Part shown: positions 16,287 to 26,297 of the stretch, piece after piece
How positions within the stretch are numbered: position 1 is the stretch's first letter
How the letters are laid out: each line of letters begins with the position of its first letter
Virus record (IMG/VR): IMGVR_UViG_3300037470_000665
Coordinates: 1 to 42,315 of that record
From: a virus
Taxonomy: Duplodnaviria; Caudoviricetes
Length of the DNA: 42,315 nt
Reading direction: 5' to 3' (one strand)
Program-made: the position numbers and the translations under genes
The notes under the pieces: generated by a model
Databases searched by the model: none
Seen by the model: the letters and a program-made list of their open reading frames with translations, nothing else
Told to the model about the DNA's origin: nothing

Positions 16287-16720
16287 TAGTACTGAACTCC
16301 AGGCGCAAGCCAGAACCCGAGCGTCCGATCGGCCCACGGATGACCGTAGGCGTTCAGAACGACACGCTTTGCGCGGAGATGGGCGTGGATCAAATAGAAA
16401 CCGGACTCGCTCGTCAGCCCTTGCGGCACGTCAACGAGAATCCCAAGATGACCAGGCAATGTTTGCTGTGGCCAGTGAAAAGCCACCATCACACCGACCG
16501 CAGGCCCGGATGCTGGCTGACACCAACGCTCAAGCTCGGACACAAGCTCCTGCATCGGCATCCGTCCATAGTTCTGACGAGCCCGAATCGGGACACCCGC
16601 CTCAACGAGAATGCCGATCGGCAATCCAACGCAATCGACACCGAAACGGTTGCGGCCTTGATGATGCCAAGGAACACCGATCCAGGTCATCGCGTCCGCT
16701 GCGAACATTGCGGCTTTCAT
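16286..16720 (-). CDS. Tail NlpC/P60 peptidase
   Basis: WIGVPWHHQGR, GVDCVGL, GHLGI, LIHA. Confidence 0.9.
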   Translation of the reverse strand: MKAAMFAADAMTWIGVPWHHQGRNRFGVDCVGLPIGILVEAGVPIRARQNYGRMPMQELVSELERWCQPASGPAVGVMVAFHWPQQTLPGHLGILVDVPQGLTSESGFYLIHAHLRAKRVVLNAYGHPWADRTLGFWLAPGVQY

Positions 16721-17721
16721 CAGAGCCCCATGATCGTCAAGCCAAGCGCCTGGAGGTCCGCGCGCAACGCATCGTAGACAGACTCGGTAATCAGATTCCC
16801 GTCTTGCTGCGTCAGGTCTCCTGCGGTTGCTGTCTTTGGATCCTGCATGAGCCGATCACGGCCGGCTGCGAACACACCGTGACCCCTGAAATTGACGAGA
16901 TTCGCATGAACGAACTTGCAGGTTGCATACAGCTTGTCGCAAGCAGCGTCGAGCGTGAACGTATCGCCGACCTCGATGTCGGCCGGCGCCTCGTCGTAGA
17001 GCAGTAAGTCGACGCTGGTCGTCGGTACGTTGTGACAGCGCACCTCCCGCGTGAAGCCATCATTGTTGCCCGATGTCCAGATCAGTTGTCCGCCGAAGTA
17101 ATACGCATCTGCGGCGTGAGCCGGCCCGCTGTCGAGAGAAGCCACGAAACGCCGACGATTGGTCACGGCCGTCACGGTGCATGTACGCTGAACAGCAGCC
17201 AACGAGAACCCGCATCTCGCGTCCCCGAACACTGCATCGCAGCGCTCGGAATAGCTTCTGGTATAGATTTGCTGCAACGCGTAGGTGAGACCGCGGACCT
17301 CGGATCGCCAGCGACCATCGGAATCACGCTCGAACTCCCCCAGCCAGCCCGCCATCACAACCTTCTGACCGTCGGCCGGCGCCGCCCAATTGAGTTTCAG
17401 CAGCACAGCCTCCGCGCCGTCATAAACGCCGCTCTCTATATCTGCTGTCAAGAACTCGTCGAGCGCTGCGTCGACACGAATCGCGCCATCCATGTCGAGA
17501 TTCGATACTGATCCATCGCTTTTTTGTGCAACGTCGCTGGCGAAGGCAGCGCTCCTCGCCTTGTATGTGCCCGCGTAAGTACCGGTTGTGATCTCGATAT
17601 CAGCATCGTGGGTCGTGCCGCGCACAACGACTGCATCGCTGCGAGTGATCAGATAACAATACGTCAGCGATAGCGCGTCGCCCGCAACATGCGTCGCGAG
17701 CCCGGAGGGAAGCGTAAGCAC
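16720..17721 (-). CDS. DUF2163/BR0599 tail hub protein
   Basis: GTTHDADI, RCDAVFGDARCG, ACDKLYATCK...NLVNFRG. Confidence 0.88.
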   Translation of the reverse strand: MLTLPSGLATHVAGDALSLTYCYLITRSDAVVVRGTTHDADIEITTGTYAGTYKARSAAFASDVAQKSDGSVSNLDMDGAIRVDAALDEFLTADIESGVYDGAEAVLLKLNWAAPADGQKVVMAGWLGEFERDSDGRWRSEVRGLTYALQQIYTRSYSERCDAVFGDARCGFSLAAVQRTCTVTAVTNRRRFVASLDSGPAHAADAYYFGGQLIWTSGNNDGFTREVRCHNVPTTSVDLLLYDEAPADIEVGDTFTLDAACDKLYATCKFVHANLVNFRGHGVFAAGRDRLMQDPKTATAGDLTQQDGNLITESVYDALRADLQALGLTIMGL

Positions 17722-17723
17722 GT

Positions 17724-18353
17724 CTAGGCCTCTGGATCTTCAACGACTGACAGAGCCCCGAGCTGGTACGCGCGGAATTCAGAACCGTCGTTCCGCTGCT
17801 CCAACCCAAGAAACTGAGCCGTCAAAACATCTCGATCGAAACGCACTGGAACATAGAATTCGCCGGACCAAGTGACGATTGCGCCAGTGTCCGGCGCCGC
17901 GTTCCACGTGATCAGCCCGCTCGTATCGTCCAGCGTATAGTCAGTGTCCTCCACCTGTTCGACATCGTCGACCTTAAGAACGACATCGTCAGGCTTCAGC
18001 TTCTTGATGGACCGGACCCAGCCATTGATTAATAGGCCATAGGTCTTCGTTATCTGGAGCGTACCGTCTCCGACATTGGCCAGCTGCTCATCGATAGCGC
18101 AATAGTCGTTCCAATCTTTGTAGTTGAACGAGTGGACCTGTCCGCGCGTGGCATGCAGAAACGATTGCAGGTACTGGTAGTCGGTGGCAGATACCACTCT
18201 GTCGCCAAGCTGCCACGCACCGATGGGCCTGGATAGGTTCTGGTTTCGAACCGAACGAAAGTTGGGATAGACGATGACTGTCGAGTCCCATGCCTGGCCA
18301 CCTTCAGCGCCATAGTCGTAGCCGATATCGAGCAGCGTTTCGAAGTGACTCAT
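17724..18353 (-). CDS. DUF2460 distal tail protein
   Basis: YGAEGG, FNYKDWNDY, GEFYVPVRFDRD. Confidence 0.88.
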   Translation of the reverse strand: MSHFETLLDIGYDYGAEGGQAWDSTVIVYPNFRSVRNQNLSRPIGAWQLGDRVVSATDYQYLQSFLHATRGQVHSFNYKDWNDYCAIDEQLANVGDGTLQITKTYGLLINGWVRSIKKLKPDDVVLKVDDVEQVEDTDYTLDDTSGLITWNAAPDTGAIVTWSGEFYVPVRFDRDVLTAQFLGLEQRNDGSEFRAYQLGALSVVEDPEA

Positions 18354-18355
18354 TG

Positions 18356-20950
18356 TCAGCCGCCCCTGTTTCTGGCCTTGGCGAGCTCGTTCGCGACACC
18401 GGCCGCGATCTGACCACGGGAAGCCCGCTCGAAGCTCCTGATGTCGTTGGCTTGGATATTGACTGTCACCCCGCCAAGACCACCGCGCTGCACGTCTCGG
18501 CGTGAGACCACCGCTTCTCCCCGCTCAAGAATCGCCGGGACCTCGTTCGGGCCGAGCCCTGGAATGCCGCCCGAGTGCAATCGAGGTGCACCCGCAAACG
18601 CGATCGCCGGGACCTTTAGCGCCTGACCGTCTTGACCGACCAGGCCACCTGCGTGAAACAACCTGGCAAGAATGTTGCCGCCGCCTTGATCCTGGTTACC
18701 GCCACCAGTGAGACCGAAGAGCTTCTCGAGCAAGCGCTCTGCCAGAAGATCAGCGATCTTGCTGCGGATGTTCTGAATGAAGGAATCGAACGCATCCTTT
18801 GCCGATTGGGTCCCGTCCAGAAACGAGGAAAACGCGTCTTCTGCAGAGTCTTTAAGCGACTCACGTATCTCGCGACCAACGACTTCGGCCGTCTCGCTGA
18901 GCGACTCAAGCTCAAGCTCGAGGTTTTTGAGACGCTCGAGCGCCGCTGGGTCACCGGTTGCCTCGGCGAGTTCGCGCATGACGGGAATCAACGCCTCAAC
19001 TTTGCGCGCGGCCTCTTCATGCAGAGCGATAATCTGACGCCGACCTTCACGCTCACTAATAACCCCGGCCGTGATCTCGGTTTCGACTCGACGCTCGGCA
19101 CGAGCGAGCTCGGTCAGGGTCCGCTTGTATTCGGACTCGAATTCGGACAACCGGGTACGTGCAAGCTCAATATCGATGATCTGCCTGACCAGCGCTTCGC
19201 CGGCGGCATCGCCTTCGATCTGGAGACGTTCGAGCAGTTCTCCGAACTCACGCTCGAGTTCAGCCGTGCGCGCACCGACCGAATCCCCCTGAAGCTCGAG
19301 CAACCGCTGGCGAACACGATCTAGCTGCTCAGCCAGATCTTCCTCCGCTCGTGCCTGGGCGTAGGCCGCGCGCTCCGCCACTTCCGCGCGCTCACGCTCC
19401 AGCACGGTTATCTCGGCGATCAGCGCCGCGCGCTTGGCCTCCTGCTCTTCAATGTCGTCGCCGCGCTGCTCCGCCAAACGGATCTCTTCGTCGATCAGGT
19501 CAAGCGCAGCCCGTCGTTCTGAGAGCTGTTGATCAGCGGCCTGCGTTTCCAGTTCGGCACGACGCCGGTAGTAATCCGAGAATCGAAGCAGGTTGTCTTC
19601 GAAGTCGCGATCGAGCGTTTCGCCCAGGCGTTTCAGTTCGTCTGTGAGAAGAACGCCAGCCGCGCTGAGTTGCGATTGCAGATCTCTGATCGCGCGACGC
19701 GGATCGACGGAGATGACGGTCGAAATGATTTCAGGGGGCTCATCGTCTGCCGCCGAGTCGCTATCGGTGAGCAACCCGCCGGTGCCTCGACGCCGATCAG
19801 CTGCGAGCGCATCTCGGGATTTGATCAACTCGACGAGCTGGCGGTCGAGCCGCTCGAGGTCAGCGCGAGCCTCTTCAACTTTGTCGCCAAAGAATGATAC
19901 CGGCGCGGTTTCGAGTTTCCGCCGAAGCCCATCGATCTCGCGACTGGTCCGGCTGATGGCCGCGTCCATGATCGCGAAATTGTCTTCGGCATCATCGACC
20001 CCAGACGCTCGCGCAACGAACTCGCCGAGCGACTGGCCTGCCTGGGTGAACTTTATCGTTGCATTGACGAGGAAATCAGCAGCCGTCAAGACGCCCCGAA
20101 CCAGATTCGTAAACGCCGCCACGGTCTGCGGGTCCTTCATGAGCACGATTAGCGCCTCGATCTGAAACCGCGCATCTTCGACACTGCCGCCGCGGCCTTC
20201 GAGCAAATCACCGAACGCATTCTTCAGCGCCTCGATCGCGCCCCCGAACGTATCCCGGGCCGCCCTGGCAGCGCCACCGAACTGCGTTTGAAGCTCCTCG
20301 AGAATGACTGCTTGAGCGCCAGCGACATCTCCGGTCTCGACAAGATTCCGAATCAGGTCTCGCTGCTGTTCGTTGAACTGGATGCCGGCTTCGGCCAATG
20401 CCGACACACCGCGAATGGGATCGTTGAGCGCCTTGCCAACCTGCAGCGCCGCCGCCTTCAGGTCGGTGTTCAACGCGATCGACATGTCGAGAATGACTTC
20501 TGTCGCTTCCCGGAACACACCGCCGCGGATCTGCGTGAAGGTCAGGAGCACCGACTCCATCGTGGCAATCGCTTCGTCGCCGAATGTCGTGACGTCCTGG
20601 AGACCGGAAGCCATATCGAGCAGCTGTTCTGTCGTAAACCCGGCTGCGCCACCGGTCGACTGAACGCGCGCCTCGAGCTGCGCGGTAACCTCCTCAGCCT
20701 CAACCGTATTCCGGATGATCGACCGGAACACAGCGCCGACAGCGCGAAGACCTACGTAGGCGCCAACGATGCCGATCACTTGTCGGCGAACGCTGTCCAT
20801 CGTATTGCCGAGCTGGCGCCATCCTGCGCCAGAGCTGCGCGCCTCCTTACCGGATGCTGCCGTTTCTCGTCGAAGGTCTTTGATTGCCTTGCGAATGTCG
20901 GCGAGGTCACCGGCAATTCTGACGCGGATGTCGTCTTGACTTGCGCTCAT
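18356..20950 (-). CDS. Tape measure protein
   Basis: Long helical protein with QVGKALNDPIRG and C-terminal FHAGG/LHSGG...EVPAILERGE. Confidence 0.93.
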   Translation of the reverse strand: MSASQDDIRVRIAGDLADIRKAIKDLRRETAASGKEARSSGAGWRQLGNTMDSVRRQVIGIVGAYVGLRAVGAVFRSIIRNTVEAEEVTAQLEARVQSTGGAAGFTTEQLLDMASGLQDVTTFGDEAIATMESVLLTFTQIRGGVFREATEVILDMSIALNTDLKAAALQVGKALNDPIRGVSALAEAGIQFNEQQRDLIRNLVETGDVAGAQAVILEELQTQFGGAARAARDTFGGAIEALKNAFGDLLEGRGGSVEDARFQIEALIVLMKDPQTVAAFTNLVRGVLTAADFLVNATIKFTQAGQSLGEFVARASGVDDAEDNFAIMDAAISRTSREIDGLRRKLETAPVSFFGDKVEEARADLERLDRQLVELIKSRDALAADRRRGTGGLLTDSDSAADDEPPEIISTVISVDPRRAIRDLQSQLSAAGVLLTDELKRLGETLDRDFEDNLLRFSDYYRRRAELETQAADQQLSERRAALDLIDEEIRLAEQRGDDIEEQEAKRAALIAEITVLERERAEVAERAAYAQARAEEDLAEQLDRVRQRLLELQGDSVGARTAELEREFGELLERLQIEGDAAGEALVRQIIDIELARTRLSEFESEYKRTLTELARAERRVETEITAGVISEREGRRQIIALHEEAARKVEALIPVMRELAEATGDPAALERLKNLELELESLSETAEVVGREIRESLKDSAEDAFSSFLDGTQSAKDAFDSFIQNIRSKIADLLAERLLEKLFGLTGGGNQDQGGGNILARLFHAGGLVGQDGQALKVPAIAFAGAPRLHSGGIPGLGPNEVPAILERGEAVVSRRDVQRGGLGGVTVNIQANDIRSFERASRGQIAAGVANELAKARNRGG

Positions 20951-21228
20951 TTTAGTTTCTTCACGTAGCCTTCGAAGTCCTTCTTAGTCGCCGCTGCTGC
21001 TCGAAGATCGTGCAGTCGCACGAGTCGGTCATCAGATTGAGAGCGGCCAATCGCCATCACGAACGCACGCACACGTGCGATCGTGTATTCGCGCACCGCA
21101 TCTAAGGAGTGGCCATTGCCGATCAGAAGTTGGAGGGTGTCCGCCCATTCCCATTCGCGCTGCTGATCTGCCCCTTGACGTCGGGTACGATCCGCTTTGC
21201 GACTGGGAGCAGGCGGTGGACGAAAAAA
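20947..21228 (-). CDS. Tail assembly chaperone -1 frameshift extension (gpGT-like)
   Basis: Slippery T-TTT-TTC at 21228-21222; the -1 frame is open to EWADTLQLLIGNGH...YVKKLK*, ending at the TMP start. Confidence 0.7.
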   Translation of the reverse strand, partial: FFRPPPAPSRKADRTRRQGADQQREWEWADTLQLLIGNGHSLDAVREYTIARVRAFVMAIGRSQSDDRLVRLHDLRAAAATKKDFEGYVKKLK

Positions 21229-21581
21229 TCCATGTTCACCGCCGCCACCGCCGAGACGAGTTCCAGGAACTCAGCTGGATCGCCGTCAGCAATCCAGTCT
21301 CGCCCGTACTTCGAACAGGCGGCACAGGCATCGATCAGCCGATCGGTATGCTCATCAATCCATCCAAGCACCCGATCGAGATCGACGCCGGCGAGAACAT
21401 CGTCGATGTCCTTGCCGGACTCTCCAATCAGGTCCGCCACGATCGGTGCGATGGCGCGCCCGAACACGGGTAGCGCACCGATGGTGATTGGCTTGACCTC
21501 GATGTCTTTTCCGCGAAAAGAAACGACACGAACCCTCCGATCCTCGATGACGTCGAGGTCGGAGATTGCCTCTGCTTGCAT
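21123..21581 (-). CDS. Tail assembly chaperone (gpG-like)
   Basis: Lies between the major tail and TMP genes; VNMDFF motif. Confidence 0.8.
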   Translation of the reverse strand: MQAEAISDLDVIEDRRVRVVSFRGKDIEVKPITIGALPVFGRAIAPIVADLIGESGKDIDDVLAGVDLDRVLGWIDEHTDRLIDACAACSKYGRDWIADGDPAEFLELVSAVAAVNMDFFVHRLLPVAKRIVPDVKGQISSANGNGRTPSNF

Positions 21582-21585
21582 AGTC

Positions 21586-22341
21586 CTACGCGATGTCCGT
21601 GACGATGTCGCCGTAGAAGTACTGGCTAAGGCCGGTTGTCGTGATCGTCTGATCTTTCAGCACCTCGCCCGTGAGCGACAACTCGCCGAAGTCGTCTCCG
21701 GACAGAAGCGCCATCGCGGCCGCCGCGCCGAGACGCACTCGGTGGAACTTCGCCGGCCGTGGGTTTCCGCCGTCCGCTTCGTTCAGTCCCTCGAAGAAGA
21801 ACTCGAGCAGCGGCGGCGATGTCGTGAGCGCCTGGATCCGCGTGTATGCAGGGTGCGTGTAGGACACCTGGATACCGTCACCGTCTATCAGATCAGGCGC
21901 ATCGGCCGGGATATACAGACCAGCCGGCCGAACCTCATAGTTCGCCGCGTCCACAGCGCCTGGCGACGTGGCATCGTCGGTAATAGTCAACAAGGTATAA
22001 GGACCAGGGTGCTCTAGCGGAATGAATCGATCCAGATACGCGTCGTGCGCTTCTGAAACGACGGCTGCACCACTGACATCGGATGAAGTACCGAATAATG
22101 CGCGCGCGAGAACGCTCGGCTTGAACTCTCGATGGTTGATCGTCATCGACATCGACTGCACGCGCCGAACATCGTCATAGTTACCACCACCCACCTGGGT
22201 TCGGTCGGGTAGTGAGATCACTTGCTCCGTAATGCCGAGCTCGAGCGAGTCGACGAGACCAGGAAATTCAAAGGCATCGGCCGCACCATACTCGCGCACG
22301 TAGACCTTGCCGCTCACAAAATAGGTATATACCGCTGTCAT
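21586..22341 (-). CDS. Major tail tube protein
   Basis: Position; GLNEADGG...LSLTGEVLKD pattern; GGAGG SD. Confidence 0.82.
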   Translation of the reverse strand: MTAVYTYFVSGKVYVREYGAADAFEFPGLVDSLELGITEQVISLPDRTQVGGGNYDDVRRVQSMSMTINHREFKPSVLARALFGTSSDVSGAAVVSEAHDAYLDRFIPLEHPGPYTLLTITDDATSPGAVDAANYEVRPAGLYIPADAPDLIDGDGIQVSYTHPAYTRIQALTTSPPLLEFFFEGLNEADGGNPRPAKFHRVRLGAAAAMALLSGDDFGELSLTGEVLKDQTITTTGLSQYFYGDIVTDIA

Positions 22342-22353
22342 CGTCGTTGCCTC

Positions 22354-22818
22354 CTAGGCAGATAGAGTTTGATCGGTCCTTCGGGTCTGATAGCTGGCCT
22401 CGAAAACCTTGAGCACAGTAATGACGTACACGTCGCGATATTCCGGAATTCGCTGCGTGCTCACTTCACGGACGTAATGGACCAGATTACTCAGGTTCGT
22501 CGACCCGAGAACCTCGACAGCCCAATTGGTCATTGGGTCGCAAATCGAATCGAGCAGGTCGACATCATCCGTTGGCGAAACACACTGAACGGCGAACTGC
22601 ATCCGTCGACGTGTCAGCGGATCCCGATTGCTGCTTCCCCGTGGCGGATCGGTCTGCCCGTCGCCAAGAAAGACGGCCATGCGAGCGACGTCAATGATGT
22701 CGTCCGGAAGCCGGCGACGCTTCGTCACCTCGGGAACCTCAGCCGGACGACCAGCATTGAGAGCCGCTACAGCCGCATTCAGAATCCGCGTGTCGAGCGA
22801 CGGGTCGATGACACTCAC
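22354..22818 (-). CDS. Tail terminator/completion protein (putative)
   Basis: Position and size; ends YQTRRTD. Confidence 0.6.
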   Translation of the reverse strand: MSVIDPSLDTRILNAAVAALNAGRPAEVPEVTKRRRLPDDIIDVARMAVFLGDGQTDPPRGSSNRDPLTRRRMQFAVQCVSPTDDVDLLDSICDPMTNWAVEVLGSTNLSNLVHYVREVSTQRIPEYRDVYVITVLKVFEASYQTRRTDQTLSA

Positions 22819-23117
22819 AGCGATCTCCCGAGCACAAGAATGGTTCGCCCCGATTCGTCTGGCTCGGACCTTAGAAACCGAAACGTCCCATAGTCTGCAA
22901 CGACGACTTCTTCATCATCCGCAAGACCTGACGTAGGCAGATCAGCCTCAACACAATCGAATGCGCGATACTGCGCAGTCACCCCGTCTTCGCCGTCGCC
23001 GGCGTCGACGAGCTCCTCAATGAAGTAGCCCTCGATGTCGACTCCGCCGATCGTCGCCAAATCAGTCAAGCCAGCGCTCCTGCACGCGGCAAGAATTGCT
23101 GCATCGACGCTCACCAT
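22815..23117 (-). CDS. Head-tail joining protein (putative)
   Basis: Position; ends EPDESGRTILVL; ATG 23117. Confidence 0.6.
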   Translation of the reverse strand: MVSVDAAILAACRSAGLTDLATIGGVDIEGYFIEELVDAGDGEDGVTAQYRAFDCVEADLPTSGLADDEEVVVADYGTFRFLRSEPDESGRTILVLGRSL

Positions 23118-23131
23118 GCCTGCCTTCGTGC

Positions 23132-23896
23132 TCACCGATAGTGCTCCCGGATCCATTCCCACTTGACGTGCCATGGCTTCAGATGGCCGTTGAAGTGACA
23201 GATGATTGCGTCGTCAGGAAGCGGCCACTCTGGGCGATCAACCGTTATGCCGAGCTTGCGATCCCGGCGAGACTGCCGAAGCGCCTCACCATAGTCCTGC
23301 GCCTGATAGATTCCGCTGTCCTGCGGCCAGACCGTCGCCGTCTTAGCGAGCCAGTAGGAGAACAGGGCTTGGTCGGAACCGCGATACCCGGCCGCCCGAG
23401 CGACCGCAATTGCCGCGAGCGGATCAGCAATAAACCAGTCCCAGAGATCAGTGTGCGTACCAGGCGTCAGGAGATACGTGCCGCCGGCGATGCGTTGCTT
23501 GATGCCCCACTCCGAGTTTGGCAGCCATCCCACGAAATCGTCATCGCTGTAGTCGAGCAGCGGCTGCAGCGTCCTGGTCAACAGGCAATCGACGTCCAGT
23601 AGTAGTATCCGATCGCCGAGACTCTTCGCCCACGGAGACCACGTCAGCATGCGTACGTAGCTCGAGGGAAAGTTTTTGCCTTCTTGTGTCTTAATCTCCA
23701 GCAGATGCTGTGCGAAATCCGGCACTTCGAGCACCTCGATGCGATCGCTGAACATCGACGACGGGTACGTTGTGATACAGACGAACCGGTATCCTGATGG
23801 CGCATGCCGCGAAGCCATGCTCTCGAGCACGTTCACGTGCTCTGGCAGGTAGTTGCGAGGGCCCGGCCAGACGTAGCATAGGATTGTCAACTGCAC
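23132..23896 (-). CDS. Glycosyltransferase (GT-A fold, GT8-like)
   Basis: RILLLDVD (DxD), GSDQA, ICHFNGHLKPW. Confidence 0.8.
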   Translation of the reverse strand: MQLTILCYVWPGPRNYLPEHVNVLESMASRHAPSGYRFVCITTYPSSMFSDRIEVLEVPDFAQHLLEIKTQEGKNFPSSYVRMLTWSPWAKSLGDRILLLDVDCLLTRTLQPLLDYSDDDFVGWLPNSEWGIKQRIAGGTYLLTPGTHTDLWDWFIADPLAAIAVARAAGYRGSDQALFSYWLAKTATVWPQDSGIYQAQDYGEALRQSRRDRKLGITVDRPEWPLPDDAIICHFNGHLKPWHVKWEWIREHYR

Positions 23897-24801
23897 GCAA
23901 ATCTCCCGGCCTCGATCTCATCGAGCAACACATCCCAGGTGTCACGACCGTGCCGATGAGTCTCTGTCCATATCCGGTCATATCGAAAGAATCGACAGTC
24001 GACGTAGCCGTCAAAGCTCCAGCCGGTGGTAGTCTCGAGCACCAGATACCGACCCGTTCCAAGATCTCGAACCAAATCAATACCGCACCAGCGAGTGAAC
24101 GATTCGAAGGTCTTGAAAAACCGCCACGCGGCGTCGAGGACCTCCACGACATCGTTGCTGAGCGAAGTCACCGGAGTCGAATGCCCGGACCCTGACGCGA
24201 ACGGCTCCTTCTCCGATCGAATCCTGCGACGCAACGCCATGAAGAACTGCCCGATCCGAATGACCCGCCAGTCACCAGAGTTTCCCGGCACAAAGCGCTG
24301 CCAGATCAGATAACCTTTCTGCCGACGGCCATGCGCGATCGATATGCCTTCTCCGAAGGCGGCGGCGATCTCCCCACGCGCTCGCTTGTGACTCTGCACC
24401 AGCCTGACGTTGCGACTGCCAGAGCCTTCCTTAGCCTTCGAGATGAAGGGTAGTGGTGGAGTCGCGAGCGAGAGCAAAGACTTCGCCCTCGTTTGATCGG
24501 TAATAACCCACGTATCTGGCATGAAAGTCGGGAAGCTGTAGGCCTGCGCCGCCTTGTTCTCGTACAGATTGATCTGCTCGATACTCGGAATTAGCGTCGC
24601 AGACCCGGCATCAACTCCGCGTGCGAACGCAAGATCGACGTCAAGCTCCGGTTGATGTTGACGGACATGCATGAATGCATAGCCTGGCCCGTCGACCTCA
24701 CTCGGCAACCGAAATAGCTTCGCATCCATTTTGCGTTTCAACGCGGCGAACGCCAAGGCCTGTCCCCAGCCCTTCGGCTCGTCGTAACAGAAAAGCATCA
24801 A
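23887..24801 (-). CDS. ATP-grasp ligase (RimK-like)
   Basis: ENKAAQ, PFISKAKEGSGSRNVRLV, WQRFVPGNSGDWRV, CGIDL, VLET. Confidence 0.82.
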   Translation of the reverse strand: MMLFCYDEPKGWGQALAFAALKRKMDAKLFRLPSEVDGPGYAFMHVRQHQPELDVDLAFARGVDAGSATLIPSIEQINLYENKAAQAYSFPTFMPDTWVITDQTRAKSLLSLATPPLPFISKAKEGSGSRNVRLVQSHKRARGEIAAAFGEGISIAHGRRQKGYLIWQRFVPGNSGDWRVIRIGQFFMALRRRIRSEKEPFASGSGHSTPVTSLSNDVVEVLDAAWRFFKTFESFTRWCGIDLVRDLGTGRYLVLETTTGWSFDGYVDCRFFRYDRIWTETHRHGRDTWDVLLDEIEAGRFACS

Positions 24802-25568
24802 AATGTACGGTCCCAGCCAAATCGCATCGGCTTAATCGGAACCGTATTCCCAGACAGCTTTTTCTGTCGGATCCGGCGACGGCATTCTGCGCTTTGATCT
24901 TTCCCGCGCGACAGCGTTGTTGTGTTCGCGTCGGCGACTGAATGACGAGTGTGGACCTCAAGCATTGGCTCCTCGAGCAGCCGTGTTTCCGCAAGTGGCT
25001 TCATCCGTTTGACGAACTCTCCGTCGCCACAAAGACAGCCGCAATAATCTTCGTCGTATCCTCCAGACAACCAGTAGACGGACCGCCTGACCATGAAGGT
25101 ATTTATGTGAGGCTTCACATCAACTCGTTCCGCTTCAGCGTCCTCACCATTGCCAGCGTGCTTCAACCGAGTCTCATCCGCTTTTCCGATACGAACACGC
25201 GGGAACGTGTAGAACATATTTCCATCCGACTCGGAGAGATCCATCGCCGCAATGACATCCGCGCCTTCTGCGGTCAACACGTGATCGATATCGGTCATTA
25301 GTAGCCAAGTCGTTTGGGCCTCGTGCGCCCCGAGGTTTCTAGCGCCATGCTGATTCCACTCGATATCCCGATCGATCCGAAAGATCCGGAGCTCCGGCGT
25401 ATCTCGCATGCGCCTGACGTCAGCAGCTGGCTCTGGAGATCCGTCGTCAACGACGATGATCTCGAAGACCGCTTTTGCGTCGTCTGAATACTTTGACCAG
25501 ACTTCGTACTGATACTCGAGCATCAGCGGGTTCCGATAGTACGGTACGATCAGAGCAATCTTTTTCAA
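24798..25568 (-). CDS. Glycosyltransferase (GT2/GT7-C-like)
   Basis: IVPYY, IIVVDDGS, ARNLG, LMTDIDH, GGYDEDY. Confidence 0.87.
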   Translation of the reverse strand: MKKIALIVPYYRNPLMLEYQYEVWSKYSDDAKAVFEIIVVDDGSPEPAADVRRMRDTPELRIFRIDRDIEWNQHGARNLGAHEAQTTWLLMTDIDHVLTAEGADVIAAMDLSESDGNMFYTFPRVRIGKADETRLKHAGNGEDAEAERVDVKPHINTFMVRRSVYWLSGGYDEDYCGCLCGDGEFVKRMKPLAETRLLEEPMLEVHTRHSVADANTTTLSRGKDQSAECRRRIRQKKLSGNTVPIKPMRFGWDRTF

Positions 25569-25583
25569 CGATGGTCTCCAGAC

Positions 25584-26297
25584 TCAGGCGGTTGCGTTAC
25601 GGCAGATTCGCGCCCTGTTGTTCTTGACGAAGTGCTGCGCCTCACCGGGCTTCAGTTCAACGACCTCGCCACGTTCGAAGTCACGCCCCTGAAACGGCTG
25701 CGGCAATGGAGCCGTGAATTCGACCACGACGCCTGAAATCTCCCGCTCAAGCAACTCACGAGACGCAAAACAATCTGGCGTACCAGACACGCCGTGTTTA
25801 ACGAGCGGCCCGCCAACAGGCCGGTAATCGGCCGGATGCTTCGAGGTCAGGAAACGCCAGCGACGCAGGTGGTCTTCGAGTTCGAGCAGATTCCGATTGC
25901 TTTCGGCAGTCGCGTCATGCCAGTAACCACCAAGCAGGTCCATGCCAGCGACCCAGATCGGGCCGCACCCCATCAAGCGCGCTACCCACGCGGCAGCAAT
26001 ACCGCTGTCAGCAACCGGTGCCTGCAGGATCCGATAGTCTCCATACAGGTGCCTGGTGACGACAGGAACGCCGAACGGCAACACTCGGTCCGATATTTTG
26101 TCGAGTGCGACAATGTAATCGCACTCAACAAAACGCGCACCGTGATCGTTCGCAGAAAGGTGGACCGCATCGGCCCGCGAAGGGCAAAGAGCGATCTGAT
26201 CCGGCAAAGACATCCCACCGCCCAGCACGACGGCTGGGCGTCCGAGATACTTGTGGATCAGTTCGCGGACCGTGCGGTACGGTCGCGCAGCGGGCAC
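25584..26297 (-). CDS. Maf/DUF115-like (glycosyltransferase-associated) protein
   Basis: AVVLGGGMSL, SANDH, DSGIAAAWVARLMGCGPIWVAGMD. Confidence 0.6.
   Translation of the reverse strand: MPAARPYRTVRELIHKYLGRPAVVLGGGMSLPDQIALCPSRADAVHLSANDHGARFVECDYIVALDKISDRVLPFGVPVVTRHLYGDYRILQAPVADSGIAAAWVARLMGCGPIWVAGMDLLGGYWHDATAESNRNLLELEDHLRRWRFLTSKHPADYRPVGGPLVKHGVSGTPDCFASRELLEREISGVVVEFTAPLPQPFQGRDFERGEVVELKPGEAQHFVKNNRARICRNATA

Noticed and set aside
21123-21228. Tail chaperone -1 frameshift as a novelty
   Set aside because: This is a well-known feature of long-tailed phages; it is listed as a feature only.
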